A stretch of 38,311 nucleotides of DNA, taken from Folioceros fuciformis. Lineage: Eukaryota. Below, piece after piece: positions 20,867 through 29,129 of the stretch. Below the pieces are notes generated by a model, which did not search any database, was not told the origin of the DNA, and saw only the letters and a list, made by a program, of their open reading frames with translations. How positions within the stretch are numbered: the first letter of the stretch is position 1; every line of letters starts with the position of its first letter. Location of the stretch: NCBI GenBank assembly GCA_049999805.1, contig JBNGIO010005629.1, positions 1 to 38,311 on the forward strand. The letters are read 5' to 3'. Position numbers and translations under genes: made by a program.

Positions 20867-23800
20867 TCACGGTCGACCCTTGCAACTGCAACAACCAGCA
20901 GCGAATCGATGGACACGGTAACCATCTCTTACAACAATGCCTCGCCTTTCCACTCTGGACATGATCTCTGTGGAAGTGTGGCAGTCACTGCACATGCGTA
21001 GATTCTTCGTCACCATCAAAGGTGTGCCGTTCGGAGTGTTCAAGAGACCAAACGCCAGGGCAAGCTTCTCAGCATGACCGCAAAGGGCATCCTCCTTTTC
21101 CTTCTCAGAGAATTGCTTCAGCACCAATTTCGTGTCGGGCAAATGACCCTCTTGTTGCCTCAGTCGCGCAGTCATACTCTCTGCCTTCAGCGCAATCTCG
21201 TCATCTCTGTTTTCTCCGACCACAAACGTATGTACCTGCTTCTCAACCTCAATGCCCGCCACTGCAGGCTTCTTGTTAGCTCCTGCTACCATTCTCTGTG
21301 TTTCAATCCTGTCTACATCGGCCCACCTACCCGCATCTGCATATGCATTGGCCATGAGCAAATATGAGGATGCACACAGAGGCTCCAGTCTAACGAGACT
21401 TTCGAAACAGCGCACCGCCCTGTCTATATCCCCGTGACTCTTGCAGGCGTGCAGCAAAGACGTTAACCCCACGACATTGCCTTGAGTTCCACATGATACT
21501 AGCATGTCCTCTGCCTCATCTAGATGGCCTGCACGACCAAGAAGATCTATCATGCAATTGTAATGCTCAACAGTAGGGCTGATGCCCTGGTGTTCAACCA
21601 TGGAGTCAAAGTGCTTGCGACCCTCTTTCACCAGTCCTTCCTGACTGCAAGCAACTAACAGGCAAGTAAGAGTAGATTCATCAGGTTGAACACCAGAGGC
21701 TAGCATCTCCTCAAAACAAGCTAGTGCGTTGTAACCTTCACCAGACGTACCACAACCAGCTATCAGGGCATTCCATGTCACCACATTTTTCTGTGTCAAG
21801 TTGTCAAAAACCCTGCGTGCAGTATCTAATTCTCCACACTTTGCATACATGTCCACCAGGCAGGTGCCAACAACTACGTTATCCAGTTGTCCTCTTTCCA
21901 CAATCTGTGAATGAAGCTGCATGCCCGTCTGTAATGCACCGGCAATTGCACAGGCCTTCAGAAGGCAAACGAAAATAACATCGTCAGCGACAGTCAGGCC
22001 CTCCTGCTTCATTCGTTCATACAGAACAAGTGCTTCTTGGCCAAGCCCATGATTTGCATATCCAGCTATGAGGGCTGTCCATGTCACCACATTTTTCATA
22101 GACAAGCTGTCAAAAACCTGGCGTGCATCTTCCAGTTCGCCACATTTAACATACATGTCCACCAAGCAGTTGCCAAGAAGCATGTTATCCAGATGTCCTC
22201 TTTCAACGATTTGTGAATGCAGCTGCTTCCCCTGATGCAAGGCACCAACGCTTGTACAGGCTTTAAGGAGGCAAGCAAAAGTGACATGGTTAGCCATTAG
22301 CAAGCCTTCCTGCTCCATCTGTGCGTATACAACAAGCGCCTCTTGGCCAAGCCCATGATTAGCATACCCGCCTATAAGGGCTGTCCATGTCACGACGTCC
22401 TTTGCAGTCAAGCTGTTAAAAGCTCTCCGTGCTTCTTCTAGTTCGCCACATTTAGCATACATGTCCACCAGGCACGTTCCCACCAGTGCGTTATCTAGCT
22501 GTCCTCGTTCCACAATCTGTAAGTGCAGCTGCTTGCCCTTCTGTAAGGCACCAGCGCTTGCACAGGCCTTGAAAAGGCAAGCAAACGTGACATGGTTACC
22601 CACAATCAGGCCCCTCTGCTCCATTTCATCATGCAACACAAGTGCCTCTTCACAGAGCCCATGATTAACATACCCAGCGATCAGGGTCGTCCATGTTACC
22701 ACATCCTTTGTGATCAAGCTGTCAAAAACATTGCATGCATCTGCCAGTTCACCACATTTCACATACATGTCCACAAGGCAGTTACCCACTAGTAGTTTAT
22801 CTAAATGTCCTCTTTCCGCAATCAGTGAGTGCAGTTGCCTGCCCTGCTGCAAGGCACCAGTACTTGCACAGGCCTTCAGAAGGCAAGCAAATGTCACATG
22901 GTCAGCCACAATAAGGCCCTCTAGCTCCATCTGTCCGTACAGAACAAGCGCCTCTTGACCAAGCCCATGATTCACATACCCAGCTATCAGGGCCGTCCAC
23001 GTCACCACATCCTTGGAGGCCAAGCTGTCAAAAACCCTGCGTGCATCTTCCAGTTCGCCACACTTTGCATACATGTCCACCAAGCCGTTGCCAACAAACA
23101 AGTCAGGAGGAATGCCACTATGCAACACATCACAATGCACTTTTTTGCCAGATACCAAGTCCGTAGCATATGCACAAGCTTGAAGGGCTGCGACAAAGAC
23201 CTGAGCATTCGCCTTCTCACCTGAGATTTGCATCTCATGGTACAATTGAATGGCCTCCTTAGGTTTCCCATGTTTAGCATGAGCGGAGATAATGGAAAGC
23301 CAGATAATGGCATCTGGCTTTCTCACTCTGGTGAACACATCCATAGCCTCCTCAAGCTTACCTACGCATGCATACAACCGCAAAATATGGTTACCCAAGT
23401 ACGCATTTGACTCGTACCCAAGCTTCACGACGATATCATGTATTCGTCGTCCCACAACCAGATCCTTCTTAGCAACACACAATTTCAGCACAGTATGCAA
23501 CAGAGATTGAGATACAGGCGAATTTGCCGCCAGAAATTCTAGGGCCTCGACGGCTTCTGTCAGCTTTCCCTGCTGACACAAACAGCAGACGGTTACATCA
23601 GTTACGACGTCCATTTCAGCTCCTGAACGCCTGCCAGGCTCAGACTTGTCCGGAGACGCACCGTGACCCTTCTGCATATCCAACGAATCCAGCTGCTCAT
23701 CCACCCAAGCTGGCTTGACCAAGTTGTTTAACCAGAGGACTTCTCCAGACCCCTTACGCCGGAAGTCGGGCGATCGGGAGCTCTTCTTATCCCGTCTGTT

Positions 23801-24159
23801 ATCCCACCACATACCAGGGTCGAGAAAAAATTGTCGCCACAAGAGCTCCTGCTGCTGGCGACCACCATCGCTGGAAGTACCTTCCCCAGCAGTAAATTTC
23901 CTTGGGAGAGCTGGGTTGCCTANNNNNNNNNNNNNNNNNNNNNNNNNNNNNNNNNNNNNNNNNNNNNNNNNNNNNNNNNNNNNNNNNNNNNNNNNNNNNN
24001 NNNNNNNNNNNNNNNNNNNNNNCTGCACCTGCAGTCTAGGTTGTCTACCAGCGGTCGGCTCCCTGACATGATCTGAGTGGGAGCTGTTGGCAGCTTGCCC
24101 TTAGACCCACCAATTTGTTGAATCCATACGGAATTCGGTTGCCATATCACAGTGGCCAT
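20867..24159 (-). CDS. PDF-like + PLS-PPR + DYW:KP (GRP) protein; true start probably ATG 24159, across the N gap at 23923-24022
   Basis: MATVIWQPNSVWIQQIGG at 24159 matches the paralog starts MATVWPPDSLWTQQIGG and MALQWQPDSLWTQ. It has 4 internal triplets and ends CSCKGRP*. Confidence 0.9.
23690..23848 (-). other. Best-preserved PDF-like motif, in gene 20867-24159
   Basis: ELLWRQFFLDPGMWWDNRRDKKSSRSPDFRRKGSGEVLWLNNLVKPAWVDEQL. Confidence 0.85.
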
Positions 24160-24473
24160 CTTCCAGTCACCACTTCGGAAGATGAGCCGCGCAACAAATT
24201 CAAGACAAAGCCATGAATCACCCCGATCCACCTTGTAGAATCATCACAATCCACCTTCATGAATTAATCAGGATCCACCTCCATGAATCATCGCGCAATC
24301 CATGTGTGTCTCTGATCTTCAGGCCAACTTCACGACCTTCCTTCCATGTAGGAGTTTTGAAACATCAGAAAAATGTAGGACAACTGTGGCCAAGGCTACA
24401 GAGAGTTAGTGCGAACGTAACTCGGATTAGAATTAGATTGGACTGTGCTTTGACAGTTGACACCACCAGCCGA

Positions 24474-24502
24474 AGGGTTTAGGGTCTAGGAATCTAAACC
24501 CT
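24474..24502. promoter_or_regulatory. Oppositely oriented telo-box-like motifs in the divergent intergenic region
   Basis: agggtttaggg followed by ctaaaccct, near the midpoint between ATG 24159 (-) and ATG 24827 (+). Confidence 0.35.
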
Positions 24503-24826
24503 GAACATCAACATCGGAGAAAAATGCAAGCATTGCAAGTTTGACTTGTTGATGCTTCTTGCATCCTCCCTGATGGCACAGTCGAGTGGGAGTTGCAGGT
24601 GACACTCCCCATCCGGGCGGTAGGGAGCATGGAATTATGGTACGACGCATCAGGGCATATTTGTTTCCCTTCATCAGGCTGAACGATTATCTGTTTGACA
24701 GTAACACTGAGAGTGGCAAACATCGAAATGGGCAGGTCAGGCTGGGTTAGAGATCTTGGTGGTGCCCGTTGTTAGGATGGTCTACGGGTAGTGTGAGTCT
24801 CGATTTCGCAGAGCGGTGCCTGAAAG

Positions 24827-27800
24827 ATGGCGACAGTCTGGCCACCGGATTCATTGTGGACCCAACAAATTGGTGGATGTGTGCGGATTTCGGAAGGAAC
24901 TGTTGCTCACCCCACCTCTGACAAGGAAGCCTCCAGGTACAGCTCTGTAAAGAACCTAGCGCTTCCAAGAAACTGGTTGGCCGTGGAACCATTTCCCAGT
25001 AATGGAGGTCGACAGGAGCAGGAGGTATTGTGGCGCCTATTTTCTCTGGACCCTGACATGCGGAGGGATAACAGGCGAGGTAAGAAGAGCTTCCGTTCAC
25101 CTGGGTTCCGGCGTAAGGGGTCCGGCAAGGTTCTCTGGTTAAACAGCTTGTTCAAGACAGCTTGGTTGGATGAGCAGCTTGTTTGGTTGGATCTGCAGAT
25201 TGCTCATGGGGCGTCTTCTTGCAAGTCGAGGCAATCGGACAAGCCCGGGCATGGCAGACGTGCAGGATCGAGAAGGGGAGAAGTAACGGCTGCGAGAGTG
25301 AGCACGTTTTGTCAGCAGGGGATGCTCACCGAGGCCGTTGGAGCCCTGGAATCTCTGGCGCAGTTGGACAGTCCTATTTCTCAGGCTCTCTTTTACTCTG
25401 TGCTCAAATTGTGTGCAGCTAAGAAGGATGTGGTTGTGGGGCGACGAGTTCATGATCTTACCGTCAAACTTGGGTACGAGTCGAATGCATACTTGGGGAA
25501 CCATATCGTGCGAATGTATGCATGTGTAGGTAGGCTACAGGACGCCATGGATGCGTTCAGCAGGGTGGGCAGACCAGATACCTTCATGTGGTTCTCCATA
25601 ATCTCTGCATATGCGAAGCATGGGAGGCCTGACGAGGCCATACAACTGTATCGTAAGATGCGTAGCTCAGGCGTGAAGGCAGATGCTCACGTCTTTGTTG
25701 CAGCCCTCCAAGCTTGTGCGCTTGCTTCGGACTTGGAATCAGGCAGAGAGGTACATGGTGATGTGTTGCTCAGTGGCATTCCTCCCAACTTGTTTGTCAG
25801 CAACTGCCTGGTGGACATGTACGCAAAATGTGGCAAGCTAAGCGAGGCACGTGAGGTTTTTGACAGCTTGCCCAGGAAGGATGTGGTCACATGGACGGCC
25901 CTGATAGCTGGGTATGCAAATCATGGGCTGGGCCGAAAGGCGCTTATTCTGTATGGGCACATGGAGCAAGATGGGCTGATTGTGGGTAACCATATAACTT
26001 ATACTTGCCTTCTTAAGGCCTGCGCAACTGCTGGTGCCTTAGAGCAGGGCAGGCAGCTGCACTCACAGATTGTGGAAAGAGGACAGCTGAATACCGTACT
26101 GGGCAACTGCTTGGTGGACATGTACGCAAAATGTGGTGAATTGGAAGATGCACGGAGGGTGTTTGACAGCTTAGCCACAAAAAATGTGGTGACATGGACT
26201 GTCCTCATAGCTGGGTATGTGAATCATGGGCTCAGTCAAGAGGGGCTTGATCTGTATGGACTAATGGAGCAGGAGGGCCTGATTGTGGCTGACGAGGTTA
26301 CTTGTGCTTGCCTTTTGAAGGCCTGTGCAAGTGCTGGTGCCATACAAAAGGGCAGGCAGCTGCACTCACAGATTGTGGAAAGAGGACAGCTGGATGATAT
26401 ACATGTGGGCACTTCCCTGGTGGACATGTATGCAAAGTGTGGTGAACTGGAAGATGCACGCCAGGTTTTTGATAGCTTGGCCACGAAAAATGTGGTGACA
26501 TGGACGGCCCTGATTGCAGGGTATGCACAACAAGGTCTTGGCAAGGAGGCGCTTGCTCTGTATGGACAAATGGAGCAGGAGGGCCTGATCATGGCTGATG
26601 AGATCACCATCGCTTGCCTTCTCAAGGCCTGTGCAAGTGCTGGTGCCTTGCAGCAGGGCAGGCAGCTGCACTTACAGATTGTGGATAGAGGAGAGCTAGA
26701 TAACTTAGTGTTGGGCAATTGCCTGGTGGACATGTACGCAAAATGCGGCCAACTGGAAGTTGCAAGTGAGGTTTTTGACGGCTTGTCCTCAAAGAATGTG
26801 GTGACATGGACGGCCCTTATAGCTGGGTATGCTAATCACGGGCTTGGTCAAGAGGCTCTTGTTCTGTTCAGACGAATGGAGCAGGAGGGCCTGCTTGTGG
26901 CTGATGGGGTTACGTTTGCTTGCCTACTGAAGGCATGTGCAAGCGTCGGTGCCTTACAGAAGGGCAAGCAGCTGCACTCGCAGATTGTGGACAGAGGACA
27001 GCTGGATAACATACAAGTGGGCACTTGCCTAGTGGACATGTATGCAAAATGTGGCGAACTGGAAGAGGCACGCCGGGTTTTTGACAGCTTGCCCACAAAA
27101 GACGTGGTGGCATGGAATGCCCTCATAGCTGGGTGTGGTACTTGTGATGAAGGTCACAACGCACTAGCTTGTTTTGAGGAGATGTTAGTGGCTGGTGTTA
27201 AGCCTGATGATGCTACTTTTACTTGCCTTCTAGTAGCGTGCAGTCATGAGGGGCTGGTGAGTGAGGGTCTCAAGCTCTTTGATTCCATGATGAAAAAGCA
27301 TGGTATCAAACCTACTGTTGAGCATTACAATTGCATGGTTGATCTTCTTGGGCGTGCCGGCCATTTAGATGAGGCACAGAACATGTTGTTATCATGTGAC
27401 TGCCAAAGCAATGTTGTGGGGTTGACATCTTTGCTGAATGCATGTAAAATTCACGGAGATATAGAGAGGGCGACTTGGTGTTTTGAATGTCTCGTTAGAC
27501 TAGAGCCTCAGAGGGCAGCCGCTTATGTGCTCCTGGCGAATACCTATGCAGATGCAGGTAGGTGGACGGATGTAGAGAGGATAGAAAGACAGAGAATGGT
27601 AGCAGGAGCTAACAAGAAACCTGCAGTGGCGGGCATTGAGGTGAATGAGCGGGTACATACATTTGTGGTTGGGGAATGCGGAGATGATGTTGCATTCAGG
27701 GTAGAGAGCATGAATGCACGTTTGAAGCAGGAAGGGAGCCATGTGTCACATACAAAGTTGGTGTTAAAGCCGTTGTCTGAGAAAGAAAAAGAAGATGTGC

Positions 27801-28018
27801 TTTGTGGGCATGCTGAGAAGCTAGCCCTGGCATTTGGTCTCTTCAACACTCCGAGTGGCACACCCCTCATGGTGACTAAGAATCTGCGCATGTGCAGTGA
27901 CTGCCACAGTTCCACAGAGATTATGTCAAGGATTGAGAAAAGAGACATCGTTGTGAGGGATGGCTACCGTGTGCATCGATTCACAGCTGGTTGTTGCAGT
28001 TGTAAAGGTCGAGCGTGA
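24827..28018 (+). CDS. PLS-PPR DYW:KP protein (terminal GRA) with a partly degenerate PDF-like motif; head-to-head with the preceding paralog
   Basis: 1063-aa ORF with 4 internal triplets, ending KPAVAGIEV...HAEKLA...CSCKGRA*. Confidence 0.93.
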   Translation: MATVWPPDSLWTQQIGGCVRISEGTVAHPTSDKEASRYSSVKNLALPRNWLAVEPFPSNGGRQEQEVLWRLFSLDPDMRRDNRRGKKSFRSPGFRRKGSGKVLWLNSLFKTAWLDEQLVWLDLQIAHGASSCKSRQSDKPGHGRRAGSRRGEVTAARVSTFCQQGMLTEAVGALESLAQLDSPISQALFYSVLKLCAAKKDVVVGRRVHDLTVKLGYESNAYLGNHIVRMYACVGRLQDAMDAFSRVGRPDTFMWFSIISAYAKHGRPDEAIQLYRKMRSSGVKADAHVFVAALQACALASDLESGREVHGDVLLSGIPPNLFVSNCLVDMYAKCGKLSEAREVFDSLPRKDVVTWTALIAGYANHGLGRKALILYGHMEQDGLIVGNHITYTCLLKACATAGALEQGRQLHSQIVERGQLNTVLGNCLVDMYAKCGELEDARRVFDSLATKNVVTWTVLIAGYVNHGLSQEGLDLYGLMEQEGLIVADEVTCACLLKACASAGAIQKGRQLHSQIVERGQLDDIHVGTSLVDMYAKCGELEDARQVFDSLATKNVVTWTALIAGYAQQGLGKEALALYGQMEQEGLIMADEITIACLLKACASAGALQQGRQLHLQIVDRGELDNLVLGNCLVDMYAKCGQLEVASEVFDGLSSKNVVTWTALIAGYANHGLGQEALVLFRRMEQEGLLVADGVTFACLLKACASVGALQKGKQLHSQIVDRGQLDNIQVGTCLVDMYAKCGELEEARRVFDSLPTKDVVAWNALIAGCGTCDEGHNALACFEEMLVAGVKPDDATFTCLLVACSHEGLVSEGLKLFDSMMKKHGIKPTVEHYNCMVDLLGRAGHLDEAQNMLLSCDCQSNVVGLTSLLNACKIHGDIERATWCFECLVRLEPQRAAAYVLLANTYADAGRWTDVERIERQRMVAGANKKPAVAGIEVNERVHTFVVGECGDDVAFRVESMNARLKQEGSHVSHTKLVLKPLSEKEKEDVLCGHAEKLALAFGLFNTPSGTPLMVTKNLRMCSDCHSSTEIMSRIEKRDIVVRDGYRVHRFTAGCCSCKGRA
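25022..25180 (+). other. Partly degenerate PDF-like motif in gene 24827-28018
   Basis: EVLWRLFSLDPDMRRDNRRGKKSFRSPGFRRKGSGKVLWLNSLFKTAWLDEQL; WW is changed to RR and PDF to PGF. Confidence 0.7.
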
Positions 28019-28171
28019 GAAACATGATGGGATCGCCAGTGCTCAGCAGGCGAACCGTTGCATAAGGGATGACGGGCCACACTCGCTTTGTGACTGCTGA
28101 CTTCTTTTTTTTAGAAATATCTGAAGATAAAGCCAACCCGCTGTCCACAGACTTAGTAGTCTCTACTCTGT

Positions 28172-28570
28172 TTGTGCCATGCTTCTCACCCGTGCCTCAC
28201 CAAAACCAGTGCCTCACCAAAACCAGTGCCTAACAATGACAGGAACTGGGACCGTGTTGTGCTGTGCTTGTCAGTGGCGCCCCACCCAGACCAGCGCCTC
28301 AGAATGACAAGATCTAGGACAATGGTGTGCTATGCTTGTCCCTGGCGCCGCTCCAAGACCAGTGCCTCACAACGACAGGATCTGGCACAGTGGTTTGCTG
28401 TGCTTGTCACTGGTGCCTCACAGAGACCAGTGCCTCACAATGACAGGATCCGGCACAGTGGTTTGCCGTGCTTGTCATACGTTCCTCACCCAAACTAGCG
28501 TGGACAACGACCTATTGGTCCGTACCATGTTTACGTGCTATGCCTGTCATAAGGGCCTCAGCCAAACCAA
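28172..28570. repeat. 68-bp degenerate minisatellite, about 5-6 copies
   Basis: accagtgcctcacaatgacagga-like anchors at 28222, 28290, 28358, 28426 and 28494. Confidence 0.85.
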
Positions 28571-28929
28571 ACTAATGCCTCACATCCTCACGCCAGCCCT
28601 TGAATTCCTGAGTACAGAGCAGGTTATCCACGATGAACTGCCTACTGTAGTTTGAACCCACGGTAGGAACTGCACGTAAGATTAGTTGTTCATCCTGGGG
28701 GAGGTTCTGACTAGCCAGAACCTTGGCGTTGACTGGATGCTTTGGACGATGTTTTTCCAAGTTGCAGCCAGCAACACCGTGGTATTATTTTAAGGAATTG
28801 CCAGCCTCTGTTGTAGGGCTAGCCGTAAAAATCAGGTGGCCGGGTCTGGGCCCCACTGACATTCTTCTTACACGAGTGTGCTGCAAAGGTTGCCACATAA
28901 CATGTGACCATGTACATACACCATATACG

Positions 28930-29065
28930 TATAGGCTTCACCGGCTACCGGTTGTGTTTGCCGCTAGGTTAAACTAAACCATAGTTATTAAAACCCTATA
29001 GGCTTCACCGGCTACCGGTTGTGTTTGCCGCTAGGTTAAACTAAACCATAGTTATTAAAACCCTA
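28930..29065. repeat. 67-bp perfect tandem duplication, each copy ending in a telo-box (AAACCCTA)
   Basis: tataggcttcaccggctaccggttgtgtttgccgctaggttaaactaaaccatagttattaaaaccc x2. Confidence 0.92.
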
Positions 29066-29129
29066 ATTTCAAATCGTGATTTGCTTACACCGCGGTGCAC
29101 GAAATTGGTGCCAAAGTTGTGCTCCTTGG

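Noticed and set aside
689-27948. Many recurring antisense or alternate-frame ORFs over the PPR genes (for example MSTRQLPT..., MPATAGFL...)
   Set aside because: These are shadows of the repetitive PPR coding strand; they recur only because the sense repeats recur.
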